Sequence record: MW584180.1
Strand: one strand, 5' to 3'
From: Mycobacterium phage prophiGD15-1
DNA length: 64,000 nucleotides
Positions 46,756-56,782 of this stretch are shown one piece after another; the stretch's first letter is position 1, and the number at the start of each line of letters is the position of its first letter. Made by a program: the position numbers and the translations under genes. The notes under the pieces were generated by a model. That model saw only the letters and a program-made list of their open reading frames with translations. It was not told where the DNA came from and did not search any database.

Positions 46756-47274
46756 TTGGCTGCAGATAAGTACGTTCCGCGTGCCTTACAAGCCTATGCG
46801 GAGAAGCAGAAGGCCCAGGACGCGCAGAAAGCGGAGATGGAAAGCGCCTATCAGGACTTTCTGACGGACTGCCACTACCCGCAGGACAAAGACGGAAACC
46901 GCATGGACTCGGCGCATTTCGTGTGGCTTGTGGGTTACCACATGATCAGGTGCGGGTGGCGGCGCTCGGCGCAACCCCTCATCAAACCGCGGGCCGTTGA
47001 AGCGCCCGGGGTAGTCGAAGGCGCAATCGAATGGGTTCCTATCGACGCACCCGACGACCCCTTAGAGGGCGTCGAGAACATGACGTTCGCACAGATCAAC
47101 GCCCTACCGGAGTGGCTGAAACGCAAAGCGATACAGCGACTCAACGGCAACCAAGACGCAGATGACGACCTACCCGAAATGGCCGAACCGGCATGGCGGG
47201 TGACTCCGAACATCGCCATCAAGGATGAGCGACCCATCGGGGATGACTTCGTGAAGGGAATCGAGAATGGCTGA
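46756..47274 (+). CDS. Hypothetical tail-region protein.
   Basis: ORF. Confidence 0.35.
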   Translation: MAADKYVPRALQAYAEKQKAQDAQKAEMESAYQDFLTDCHYPQDKDGNRMDSAHFVWLVGYHMIRCGWRRSAQPLIKPRAVEAPGVVEGAIEWVPIDAPDDPLEGVENMTFAQINALPEWLKRKAIQRLNGNQDADDDLPEMAEPAWRVTPNIAIKDERPIGDDFVKGIENG

Positions 47275-48352
47275 ACCGGGCGATACCCCCTACCTTGGGT
47301 CGATCCTTGCGCGCCTGCACTTCTGGGGTGTCGTCTCCGATATGGACGTACCTGGCGGCGTCACAGGCACATTCGAGCTCGCCGACCAAGACGGCGCAGT
47401 CACCATGGACGCCCTCGTAGGGCCTCCTGGTCCCGCTGGTGAGAATGCCCCCATCGTCAAGATGCAGTACCAGTCCAGCATCGACGACCCCGCCGATCTT
47501 CCCCAAAACCTCACCGACGATCCGATCGATATCGGAAAAGCCTGGTGGGTAGGCAACATCGTCTACCTGTGGGACGGCGAACACTACGTCCAGAAGCAGA
47601 TGGGCACACAAGGCCCCCCGGGACCGCTGCCGAACATCACTCCCACGGTCCAACTGCTGGACCCGGACAACCCCAGTTTGACCTCGGAGATCATCGTTTC
47701 GGGTACCTCCGCCAACCCGACATGGCTCCTGAAGCTCAAAGCACCGCGGGGTCCGCAGGGCGATAACGCCACCATCCGAGACGCAACCGACTATGACGAC
47801 TCGGTCGCGCCCGCCGCGGGACAGGTCATTGCCTGGAACGGTGTCGACTACGCGCCAGCCGACTTCAACCCCTTGGCGACAAGGTTCTACACCGTCCCCG
47901 AGTCTGCGTTCACCGACTTCACGGGTCTAGCCACGCGACAGACGATCGGCTCATTCATCATCCCGCCGATGCCGTTCGACTACGTACCCGTAGTGCACGG
48001 GCATTTCAAGGCCAACGGCATCGAACTCGACGCCGACCCATTCATCATCGGCTCCGAGGTCCGCATAGGGAATGCCACAAGCGGCCAGCTGATCGCCAAG
48101 GGCGCCGGCAACATGTCCTCCTGGTCCGCCCTGTTCCCGCACGCCTCATCCACGGGCTCCCCGAACACCGCTATCACCCCCGACAACGGGATAGGCATGA
48201 TCCCGGCATACAGCACCGGTACAACGTCAACTTTGTACGTGAACCTCGTCAACGAGGGCATGGCGGGCTTCTACTCCTTCAACAAAGCAGGCGCACAGCT
48301 CTCAATCCTCATCGTCCCCGTCTCTCCGTTGAAGCCTGAGGACGGCTCCTAG
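47267..48352 (+). CDS. Minor tail protein with a short collagen-like Gly-Pro segment.
   Basis: GPPGPAGE… and GPPGPLP. Confidence 0.45.
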   Translation: MAEPGDTPYLGSILARLHFWGVVSDMDVPGGVTGTFELADQDGAVTMDALVGPPGPAGENAPIVKMQYQSSIDDPADLPQNLTDDPIDIGKAWWVGNIVYLWDGEHYVQKQMGTQGPPGPLPNITPTVQLLDPDNPSLTSEIIVSGTSANPTWLLKLKAPRGPQGDNATIRDATDYDDSVAPAAGQVIAWNGVDYAPADFNPLATRFYTVPESAFTDFTGLATRQTIGSFIIPPMPFDYVPVVHGHFKANGIELDADPFIIGSEVRIGNATSGQLIAKGAGNMSSWSALFPHASSTGSPNTAITPDNGIGMIPAYSTGTTSTLYVNLVNEGMAGFYSFNKAGAQLSILIVPVSPLKPEDGS

Positions 48353-51300
48353 TGCCACGGTCTTTCGACCGAATCCCGCTGCCGTTCAACGACCCTAACC
48401 AGGGGCTCGAGTTCCATATCGGCACCGCTTTCCAGCAAGGGCTGGAAATGTGGAAGGCAATCATCGATGGAATCATCGAGTACGCCGAAAGCCTGATCAA
48501 GGAACTCATCCAGAAACTCCTGGGCTTGGATGTTGACCCGGAGCAGGCGCTCGAGGATCTGTGGAATCTACTCACCGGCTGGGTAGATGACATCCCGATC
48601 ATCGGCGACATCATCGAGATCATCAAGGACTTCCTGAACGGGAACCTGTTCGGGCGTGACGGATTCATTCTGTCGAACCTGATCCCGGCGTTGTCGTTCA
48701 GCTGGATCACTGATGAGCAGCCGAACCTGTTGGTGGCGGGCAATTTCCAGGACGGCTCCAGCATCGCCGACAACCCGTACTGGACCTGGGAATCCGGGGT
48801 TACGCATAGTGCGGACAGTTCCGGCAGTGTGAAAGTCACCGCGAATGGTGTCACGAAAGCGTTGCGGTCCAACGAGATCCTTGCCAATCCTGGCCAAACC
48901 ATGTCGCTGGAGATGTGGGTTAAGTGGTCCGGGTACGCGGGCACTAATTCGCCGATCAAGTTGCAGATGGTCGAGTTCTCCGGTCGCGGGGATAGCGCTG
49001 TACAGGTTGGGGTTGAGGACGTTGCGACGCTGAACCCGAACACGTCAACGGGGGATTGGCGTCAAATGGTCGGGAACTACACGGTTCCCGACGGTGTGCA
49101 TGCGGTGCGTGTGCGGATCCTGGTGACCAAGGACGCCACCTCGGGTGTTTTCAACTTTGATGACGGTGTTGGTAAGAAGACCAACAAGATTCAGCAGGGC
49201 TGGATCGACGGGTTGTCGAACACGTTCCAGGAAGTTCTGTCTCGGTGGCAGTTGATCATCGACACCGTAGTCAACGGGATCACGGGATCCAACAACGCGT
49301 TACACACCCTGGAAGATCTGTTCGACGCTGTCACTCATATCCCGTTGTTCAAGATCCTCGGCTTCGGTGGCCCGGGGGATGCGAACACAACTTTCGAGGA
49401 GTTCCTTTCACATCTTCTCGGGGGAATGTCGGGATCGACTGACCCGAACTCCAATGGCGGTTTCGCTGACCTGTTCAACGTTGCCAAGCTGCTACAGACC
49501 GCGGCGGCGATGGGGGAGAGCGCCTTCCAGATCCTCTCTATCCGCAACAACACCCCCGTCAACACCGGTTTGTTGCCGTCGGGTAGGTCGAACTACGGCC
49601 TGACCAGCGTCAACACCACCCTGTCTGCCACACAGAGTGCGTCACTGATCGCGACAATGCGCGTGGAGCAAGACATCGCTTTGGGCGTGGTGTCGTGGCT
49701 GGGCTGCGGCACCAGCGGCATCACAGCGTTCTACGTCAACATCTGGAAACTCGACGGGGTTTCCGGGGACTGGGCTTTGGTGCATCACTCCCCGAACATC
49801 CTGTCCGAGCTGACCGCCGGTACTACACCGAACTGGACGTTCTACCAGCTCGACACCCCAGTTGATCAGAAGGCGGGGGAAATCTACGCCTACGAACTCG
49901 TCCCCGTCGGCGGAACCCACAGTGTCCGCGGCATTTCCACCACGGACGATATTCCTGATCACCCGTTCGCGCAGGTCGTTGGCTTGGCCGCGACACGGGA
50001 TAACTCGTCGTCCCCGAACACACCTCCCTCGACCATCGCCAAGGCGAGCGTTGTTCGGTCCGGGAACATCCCGTGGATTGAAACAGCTATCGACACCGGA
50101 AACGGTGTGGGCTACTACGACCCCATCTCGGTGTATGCCGTTGACGATGGCACGATTCCGATCCCGTCGTGGTGCAACTTCGTTGATGTTGTAGCAGTAG
50201 GTGGTGCCGGTGGCGGCCAGATGGGGTTCACCGTCGGATTCCACGGAGAACCGGGATCTCCGGGTCTCTACAAGGCCGCAACGTGGCAACGGGGCGTGCA
50301 CTTCGCCGACGACACGGTTCTCACGTTCACCAAGGGTCCCGGCGGACTAGGTGGACGCCTCGGCCACGATGACGGCGAAGACGGCACGGCTACTAGTTGG
50401 TCAATTCCTGACTACAGCATCACGGCGGAACCCGGAATCGGCGGTACTGAACTACAGCTGGGCTACAACCCCATTGGTCGCGGTCCCGGGAATTTCGAGT
50501 ACAAGGGCGAGAACCATGTCGGTGGCGCGGACCAAAAGATACCCGGCCGCGACGGTGTATCCCCGGGCGGTGGCGGTAACGGCGGCAATGGGCTGACGTT
50601 CCAGAACGGCGGTAAGGGGGCCGACGGCGCAGGCTGGGTGAGATTCCGGCAGAACCCACTCGAGGGGGAAGAGGTCATCGGCGGCCCCGGCCAAGTCTTG
50701 GTCCCCAGCATCGAATCCACCGCATCGCTGGGCACACCGACCGTCTCGGGTGGGTTGTCGCTGCTTCCGCTGGAGGATCAGGCCGCTATCGACGCGATCG
50801 TGGCCGCGAACATGACCGCCCCGGGTGGGGTGTTGGCCATCCAGTCCCCAGACGGGTACTACACGAAGGCGTACGGCAAGGTCTCCACCGCCGCAGGGGC
50901 GCGGAACGTGATCCCGGAGGACCACTTCCGTATCGGTTCCTGCACCAAGTCGTTCACCGCAACCATGATCTTGCAGGCAGTTGATCGTGGCTTGTTGTCG
51001 TTGGACGATCCGCTGGAGAAGTTCCTTCCCGGCGTTCCGGGCGGCACCAAGATAACGGTCCGCCACATGATGTGTCTGCGGTCGGGTCTGTTCAACGAAC
51101 AAACCGACCTCGGCATGATGATGCGCTACTTCCTGATGCCGACCTCTGACTGGACGGACGAAGAAACACTCGCGATCGTCAAACAGCACGAACCGTCATT
51201 CGAACCCGGCCAAGGTTGGGCGTACGTCAACTCCAACTACTTCCTGCTGGGGATGATCGTTTCGATCGTCAACGGCCGCCCCACGAGAGACGTGCTACAG

Positions 51301-52476
51301 ACGGACATTCTGGATCCGCTGGGTTTGACGCAAACCAGCTGGCCCACCACCGCGAAGATGCCCGAACCGTATGCGAACGGACACGCCTGGGCCACCGGAA
51401 TTTTCGGTGGCGGGGCCTGGCAGGATGCCACCGAAACCGGGCCGGGATATGCGAGCGCCGCCGGTGTCATGATTTCCACCGCCCACGATCTGCTGCTGTG
51501 GGCCAAGGAATTACGCGACGGCACCCTATTGAGTCCTGAGCTGCATGAGCTGAGAACCAAATGCTACTGGCCTGTCCCGTGGGGCAATGATGACCAGCTG
51601 ACCTATTTCGGGTACGGGCACGGCATGTTCGAGCTTGGGCAGTGGCGCGGCCATGGCGGGTCGTGGCGCGGGTACGAAGTCTCGGTCTACTACCTGCCGA
51701 ACGGCACCTTGTTCGCGATGTGTGAGAACGCCCAGACACCGACCGTTGAGGTTGAGGTGTCGATGATGTTCAAAATCGGCAAGTACCTTTACCCGGATTC
51801 TCTGACGGTCCCTGATTATCAGGCGAATCGGGTGTTCGGTATCCCATCGAAAGCCTCGGTCGGTAAACCGATCGTCGGCAGTATTGATGTCAAGTTCGAC
51901 AACAAGAGCACCTTGGGTACAAGTCAGGCGACGATCCCGGAATTCACGCTGGACCCCGAAGCGAACATTGTGTTCGCCTATCTGGCAACGCAATCCGGCA
52001 TTGATCTGTCTGTAGTGACGGCGAAAATCGGCGGCGTCACCATGAACAGGCTACCGATTATGTCCAATGGGTCGAACCAACTGGTGGTGTGGTGGCTGCT
52101 CGATCCGCCCACAGGGGCTAGGTCGATCAACCTGCTCAATGCCCCGTATGGGTCGAACTATGCAACCGGTGCGGCGTCCTACAAACTCGCCGCACCTGCA
52201 GGGATTGAAACACCCGTGATCACTCAGGGCTACAGCGCGTCCCCATCGGTCAGTGCTACCACCAATAGCCACGGCAGGATCGTCAACGCCTTCCTGTATG
52301 GGGGACAGACCAGCGCCTACAACCAAACCGAGCGTGGACATTTGGATGCCGTCGCGTTCGGTGCCGGACTGATATTCGGCGACGCACCAGGCGGTTCGGT
52401 GACGTTCACCCAAACCCTCACAGCTGCCGCCCCATGGATCGGTATCGCGATCCCCATCGTCTCCAACGCGGAATAG
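48352..52476 (+). CDS. Large minor tail protein carrying a serine beta-lactamase / D-Ala-D-Ala carboxypeptidase-like domain.
   Basis: 1374 aa. Gly-rich region, then SCTKSFTATMILQAVDRGLLSLDDPLEKFLPG (SxxK motif) and a YANGHAW…GYASAAGVMISTAHDLLLW class C/DD-peptidase-like core. Confidence 0.65.
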   Translation: MPRSFDRIPLPFNDPNQGLEFHIGTAFQQGLEMWKAIIDGIIEYAESLIKELIQKLLGLDVDPEQALEDLWNLLTGWVDDIPIIGDIIEIIKDFLNGNLFGRDGFILSNLIPALSFSWITDEQPNLLVAGNFQDGSSIADNPYWTWESGVTHSADSSGSVKVTANGVTKALRSNEILANPGQTMSLEMWVKWSGYAGTNSPIKLQMVEFSGRGDSAVQVGVEDVATLNPNTSTGDWRQMVGNYTVPDGVHAVRVRILVTKDATSGVFNFDDGVGKKTNKIQQGWIDGLSNTFQEVLSRWQLIIDTVVNGITGSNNALHTLEDLFDAVTHIPLFKILGFGGPGDANTTFEEFLSHLLGGMSGSTDPNSNGGFADLFNVAKLLQTAAAMGESAFQILSIRNNTPVNTGLLPSGRSNYGLTSVNTTLSATQSASLIATMRVEQDIALGVVSWLGCGTSGITAFYVNIWKLDGVSGDWALVHHSPNILSELTAGTTPNWTFYQLDTPVDQKAGEIYAYELVPVGGTHSVRGISTTDDIPDHPFAQVVGLAATRDNSSSPNTPPSTIAKASVVRSGNIPWIETAIDTGNGVGYYDPISVYAVDDGTIPIPSWCNFVDVVAVGGAGGGQMGFTVGFHGEPGSPGLYKAATWQRGVHFADDTVLTFTKGPGGLGGRLGHDDGEDGTATSWSIPDYSITAEPGIGGTELQLGYNPIGRGPGNFEYKGENHVGGADQKIPGRDGVSPGGGGNGGNGLTFQNGGKGADGAGWVRFRQNPLEGEEVIGGPGQVLVPSIESTASLGTPTVSGGLSLLPLEDQAAIDAIVAANMTAPGGVLAIQSPDGYYTKAYGKVSTAAGARNVIPEDHFRIGSCTKSFTATMILQAVDRGLLSLDDPLEKFLPGVPGGTKITVRHMMCLRSGLFNEQTDLGMMMRYFLMPTSDWTDEETLAIVKQHEPSFEPGQGWAYVNSNYFLLGMIVSIVNGRPTRDVLQTDILDPLGLTQTSWPTTAKMPEPYANGHAWATGIFGGGAWQDATETGPGYASAAGVMISTAHDLLLWAKELRDGTLLSPELHELRTKCYWPVPWGNDDQLTYFGYGHGMFELGQWRGHGGSWRGYEVSVYYLPNGTLFAMCENAQTPTVEVEVSMMFKIGKYLYPDSLTVPDYQANRVFGIPSKASVGKPIVGSIDVKFDNKSTLGTSQATIPEFTLDPEANIVFAYLATQSGIDLSVVTAKIGGVTMNRLPIMSNGSNQLVVWWLLDPPTGARSINLLNAPYGSNYATGAASYKLAAPAGIETPVITQGYSASPSVSATTNSHGRIVNAFLYGGQTSAYNQTERGHLDAVAFGAGLIFGDAPGGSVTFTQTLTAAAPWIGIAIPIVSNAE

Positions 52477-52487
52477 GGAGAACCTTA

Positions 52488-52886
52488 ATGGTAAACGCTT
52501 TGTACGATCACGCCCGAGAAGCATTCCTTAAGGGCGACCTCGACTGGGAAGTGCACAACTTCAAAGTCTGCGGAGTGGACGCCACATACACACCCAATAT
52601 CGCAACCCACCAGTATCTTTCGCACATCACGGGAATTGTGTGCACATCCTCGAACCTGTCCGGTAAGTCATGGACCGCCGGTGTCGCAGATGCCGCTGAT
52701 GTCGTATTCCCGACAGTCACGGGTGCAACGATCGTGCGCTGGATCATCTACCAAGACACCGGCACCGCGGGCACATCGCAGCTTGTCGCGTTATACGACA
52801 CAGCATCCGGGCTGCCGGTGATCCCCGATGGCACCAATATAACGGTCACCTGGGACAACGGGGCTAGTCGGATCCTCCGCATCTAG
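52488..52886 (+). CDS. Hypothetical tail-region protein.
   Basis: ORF. Confidence 0.35.
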   Translation: MVNALYDHAREAFLKGDLDWEVHNFKVCGVDATYTPNIATHQYLSHITGIVCTSSNLSGKSWTAGVADAADVVFPTVTGATIVRWIIYQDTGTAGTSQLVALYDTASGLPVIPDGTNITVTWDNGASRILRI

Positions 52887-52888
52887 CT

Positions 52889-54286
52889 ATGGCTGGTGTA
52901 ACCGGCTGGTGGGCTGAAACATTCAGTGAACCGGCCCCTAAAGTGCTCGCCCTAGCCGGGGGCGTTCCTGGGGTTGCGGTGACGCACGACGTATACGCGT
53001 TCACGACCGGGGCAACCTTGACCCTGACGGGATCTGAGCCACCCGTCATTGGTCCACCACTGCGGCCGGGTTCGCCGGAACTCACCCTTACAGGCGGGGT
53101 CCCTGGCATTCGGGTCGGCAACGTTCTGTCGCCGGACGACGGCGAGATGGCATTGGCTGGCGATATCCCCACGATCGTTCAGTCCAACAACAACCTTGTA
53201 TTCCCCACGGCAGCTGCGGGTTCACTCACCGGGGGAACGCCGACGATCATCACCGGCCCAATCCTTATCCCGACCGCCGCCACACCGTCGCTTACCGGCG
53301 GAACTCCCGCGTTGGCGCATCGTTTGGTGCCCACCGCTGCCACACCGACACTCACTGGTGTACGCCCGCTGATCAACGTGACCTACCCGCCACCCACGGT
53401 GCAGCTCACCCTCACGGGCGGCACCCCACGGATTGCCATCACAGTCACCCCGACTGGCGCAGCCCCAACCGTCACGGGCGGTATACCGTCCATAGCCCTG
53501 TCACTGGCCCCCACAGCTTCGCTGACTATTACCGGTGGGACGCCGCGCATAGTGCAGACCCTCGCACCGCCAGCAGCAGCACCGACGCTTACCGGCGGGG
53601 CTCCGCTGATTGCCGCGAAGGTAGCACCCACAGGTGCGACCCCATCCTTGACTGGCGGCACACCGGTAGTCACCACCATCCACACAGTCTCTTTCGTTGC
53701 CGCCAACGGGAACGCGAGCAGTTCTGTCACCATCCCCACTCATCAAATCGGGGATCTGATCGTCCTGTTCGCGTACAACCCGTTCTCAACCTCCGCGCCC
53801 ACCAAGCCGTCGGCGGGCGGCACGGTCCCGGACTACACCTATATCGACAACGCCAACAGCGGAAGCGGATCAGGCTGCACCACCGCGTATTTCAAGGCGA
53901 CAGCTACTAACACGACATCGGGGACTTGGGGCAGTGCGTCCCACATGATCGCGGTCATTGTGCGTGACCAGAACACAAGCTCGCCGATCGGTGGTCATGG
54001 CCAAGCTGCGGGAACGAGCGCCTCGTCCACTGCGCCGTCGGTGACGTTGACCCACACCGACGGGTCCTCGGTACTGCTGCATTTCCACGGCCACTCCAGC
54101 TTGGGTGCGAGCGGATGGGATGCCGCGCCAGCCGGTTACACACGCCAAGCCTCATCGGGCGCGGCGTTCGGTTCAGCGACCGCCCTCAACACCAAGAACA
54201 TCACCACCACCGATGGATCTGTAGCCCAGACGGGCGGCCAGTCCGGCCAAAGCTACGCGGCAGCCACTGTCGAAATCATCAACTAA
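52889..54286 (+). CDS. Minor tail protein with ~9 tandem ~22-aa PTxAxPxLTGGTPxI repeats.
   Basis: Translation shows iterated …PTAATPSLTGGTPAL…PTGAAPTVTGGIPSI…PPAAAPTLTGGAPLI…. Confidence 0.55.
   Translation: MAGVTGWWAETFSEPAPKVLALAGGVPGVAVTHDVYAFTTGATLTLTGSEPPVIGPPLRPGSPELTLTGGVPGIRVGNVLSPDDGEMALAGDIPTIVQSNNNLVFPTAAAGSLTGGTPTIITGPILIPTAATPSLTGGTPALAHRLVPTAATPTLTGVRPLINVTYPPPTVQLTLTGGTPRIAITVTPTGAAPTVTGGIPSIALSLAPTASLTITGGTPRIVQTLAPPAAAPTLTGGAPLIAAKVAPTGATPSLTGGTPVVTTIHTVSFVAANGNASSSVTIPTHQIGDLIVLFAYNPFSTSAPTKPSAGGTVPDYTYIDNANSGSGSGCTTAYFKATATNTTSGTWGSASHMIAVIVRDQNTSSPIGGHGQAAGTSASSTAPSVTLTHTDGSSVLLHFHGHSSLGASGWDAAPAGYTRQASSGAAFGSATALNTKNITTTDGSVAQTGGQSGQSYAAATVEIIN
53020..53680 (+). repeat. 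In-frame tandem DNA repeats (~66 bp unit, imperfect) encoding the LTGGTP motif array.
   Basis: Recurring …accggcggaactcccg… / …acgggcggcaccccacg… / …actggcggcacaccgg… blocks. Confidence 0.6.
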
Positions 54287-54301
54287 CGAAAGGGCACTAC
54301 C

Positions 54302-54733
54302 TTGACCGCAGGCACATGGACGTTCCCCAATGGGGCACGCACCAATCTACTTAACGGAACGTTCGACATCGACTCCGACACCTGGCGGGTCGCCCTCGTC
54401 ACTTCGTCATCCAATATCGGTTCCTCCACCACCACTTGGGCTGGTGTCACCAATGAGGTTGCTCAGGCGAACGGCTACACCACGGGCGGTGTGGCTGTGA
54501 CCCTCACCCTTTCGGGCACCACGAGTGTTACGGCGTCGTTCTCCACGAACCCAACCTGGACCGCATCAGGCGGCAGCATCACCGCAAGGTGGGCCGTCCT
54601 TTACGAGCTCGGCGGAAACGTGCTGTGCTACGTGCTCCTGGACAACACCCCAGCCGATGTGACAACCACCAACGGCAACAGTTTGACGATTGACAGCGAT
54701 GGGGCACCGGCTCCCGTCTTCACCTTGTCGTAG
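54302..54733 (+). CDS. Minor tail protein.
   Basis: 143-aa ORF following the repeat protein. Confidence 0.4.
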   Translation: MTAGTWTFPNGARTNLLNGTFDIDSDTWRVALVTSSSNIGSSTTTWAGVTNEVAQANGYTTGGVAVTLTLSGTTSVTASFSTNPTWTASGGSITARWAVLYELGGNVLCYVLLDNTPADVTTTNGNSLTIDSDGAPAPVFTLS

Positions 54734-54796
54734 CACTCTCACCTCCTTGTGGGCCTCGCTAGTGCGGGGTCTTTTTTAATGCCCGAAAGAGGTCGC

Positions 54797-54937
54797 ATGT
54801 TCTCTCAACTGCTGCGTTACCCCGCCTACTACGCCGTTATCGGGTTGGCGGGGTTCGGGTTCGGAGTGTGGTTCCGGCGCTCCCGCTGGGTGACGGCGGG
54901 TCGACCAGGGCTCGATCCCCGGATCGGAGGCATCTAG
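54797..54937 (+). CDS. Small membrane protein upstream of lysin A. Possibly holin-like.
   Basis: TM YYAVIGLAGFGFGVWF. Confidence 0.3.
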   Translation: MFSQLLRYPAYYAVIGLAGFGFGVWFRRSRWVTAGRPGLDPRIGGI

Positions 54938-54995
54938 TGAATTGGTTGCGCCGCAAGATCAATGAGTGGCTGGCCGCGATCTGGTGGTCGTACTA

Positions 54996-56369
54996 ATGGC
55001 CGTCCTACGCGCGAATGTTGAGTTCGCGAAGCGGATTTTCCAGGACCGCGTCGGCAACGACTACGTGTACGGCGGCAACTGGAATCCGTTCAACCTCAAG
55101 GTCGGTACCGACTGCTCCGGTCTGGTCATTGACATCTGCGACGCTGTGCGCAACGGGACCGCGATGGCCTGGACCCGGCATGGGATGTCCACCGAGAGCT
55201 GGCGTCCGATCGAGGTAGGTCAGACCGGAACGATCTTCAACACCATATGCGTGGCGTCGCCGAATGACTTCCCGGCTGATGCTGCGGTGAAGATCGCCAT
55301 CCATCACGGCCCCGGCGGTGGGGCGAACAGTCACATGTGGTGTGAGGTTGAGGGAATCCGCATGGAGTCCAACGGCTCCGATGGGTGTGTGACCGGGAAC
55401 CAGGCGCGGTCCGTGTACGACACGAGCTATGCGAACGACTGGCACTACCTGCCCGGACCCATCACAGGCCAGGTAGGTGTCGATCCCGCAGGAGTGCTGG
55501 CACGTGCCACCGGGCTAAGTGTCGCGAGGGCTTCGCAGATCCTACCCGCGGTGTCGGACGGGCTCAAGGCTAGTCAGTGCACGAACGTCAATCGGATCGC
55601 GATGTGGCTGGCGCAGGTCGGCCACGAGTCAGCCGGCTTCAATGCCACCGAAGAGTATGCCTCCGGTGCCGCCTATGAAGGGCGTGCAGATCTGGGTAAC
55701 ACCCAACCCGGGGATGGGGTGCGGTTCAAGGGCCGCAGCTGGATTCAGATCACCGGCCGCAACAACTACGCAGCGTTCTCGCGGTGGTGTTCGGGTAAAG
55801 GACTCGTTCTGTCGCCAACGGAATTCGTTGATAACCCGAACCGACTGGCCGAACTGCGGTGGGCCGGTATAGGTGCGGCTTGGTACTGGACGGTCGCCCG
55901 CCCGGACATCAACGCCCTGTCGGATCGGCAGGACTTAGAGACCGTCACGCGCCGAATCAACGGCGGCACCAACGGCTTGGCTGATCGTCGCGACCGATAC
56001 AACCGCGCCCTACTCCAGGGCGATGCGCTTCTGCAACTACTCACTGAACCGCTGGACCCGATTGAGGAGCTACTGATGTCAGACCTTCAGGTCGAATCCC
56101 TATCCATCTACGCCACCCCAGGTGAGCCGTTGATCCCGATTGTTCGCATGGTGCAGGCCATCGACGCCGCGGAGCACCGCAAGCTCGTCGAGGACTGGGC
56201 GCGCACCGGGGATGCAGACGCACTATCCCGTATCGCCCGCACCGCGGCGGGGCAAGGGAAGTTCCGTGACGCCGCCACCATCGCACACGCCAAAGCCGTG
56301 CTCGCTGACATTGAAGCCACTAACCCTGCAGTCCTGCAGGAGTTCATCTCTCAGAAGGGACAATCATGA
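54996..56369 (+). CDS. lysA: Lysin A (endolysin): N-terminal Cys-peptidase-like domain plus GH19 glycoside hydrolase domain.
   Basis: DCSGLV Cys motif near the N-terminus. GH19 signature RFKGRSWIQITGRNNYAAFSRW and WLAQVGHESAGF. Confidence 0.8.
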   Translation: MAVLRANVEFAKRIFQDRVGNDYVYGGNWNPFNLKVGTDCSGLVIDICDAVRNGTAMAWTRHGMSTESWRPIEVGQTGTIFNTICVASPNDFPADAAVKIAIHHGPGGGANSHMWCEVEGIRMESNGSDGCVTGNQARSVYDTSYANDWHYLPGPITGQVGVDPAGVLARATGLSVARASQILPAVSDGLKASQCTNVNRIAMWLAQVGHESAGFNATEEYASGAAYEGRADLGNTQPGDGVRFKGRSWIQITGRNNYAAFSRWCSGKGLVLSPTEFVDNPNRLAELRWAGIGAAWYWTVARPDINALSDRQDLETVTRRINGGTNGLADRRDRYNRALLQGDALLQLLTEPLDPIEELLMSDLQVESLSIYATPGEPLIPIVRMVQAIDAAEHRKLVEDWARTGDADALSRIARTAAGQGKFRDAATIAHAKAVLADIEATNPAVLQEFISQKGQS

Positions 56370-56782
56370 CCGCCCAGATTCGCAAGTGGTACTACCTCAT
56401 CGGCGCACTGGTGACAGCGCTCGTGCCGATTCTGGTGACCTCCGGTGTCGTCAGTGACACCCAGGGCAATGCGTGGATCAACGCCGTTGTAGCTATCGGT
56501 GGCGTTCTGGGTGCTGCGGGTCTCGGCACTGCCGGTGTGGTCTTGGGCAAGCAGATCAAGGGAGCCCCCGGTGCCGCAGCGGACAAGGCCGTCACAAGCC
56601 TGCAGGACATCCAGGCTCAGCTGAACTCCACCGCGCAGGCCGCGCAGGACCAGCTTGCCGCCGCCACCCAGGTTGCCGTGGACAGCATCACCAAGATTCA
56701 GGCCACCGTAGGCAATGTCGTCGGCCCGCAGGTTTCCCTCGGCCCGCTGGCTGCCGAGGTCATCAAGAGCGTGACTGAGTGA
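56366..56782 (+). CDS. Holin-like membrane protein.
   Basis: Two TM helices at the N-terminus (YYLIGALVTALVPILVTSGVV, AVVAIGGVLGAAGLGTAGVVLG). Located between lysA and lysB. Confidence 0.55.
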   Translation: MTAQIRKWYYLIGALVTALVPILVTSGVVSDTQGNAWINAVVAIGGVLGAAGLGTAGVVLGKQIKGAPGAAADKAVTSLQDIQAQLNSTAQAAQDQLAAATQVAVDSITKIQATVGNVVGPQVSLGPLAAEVIKSVTE

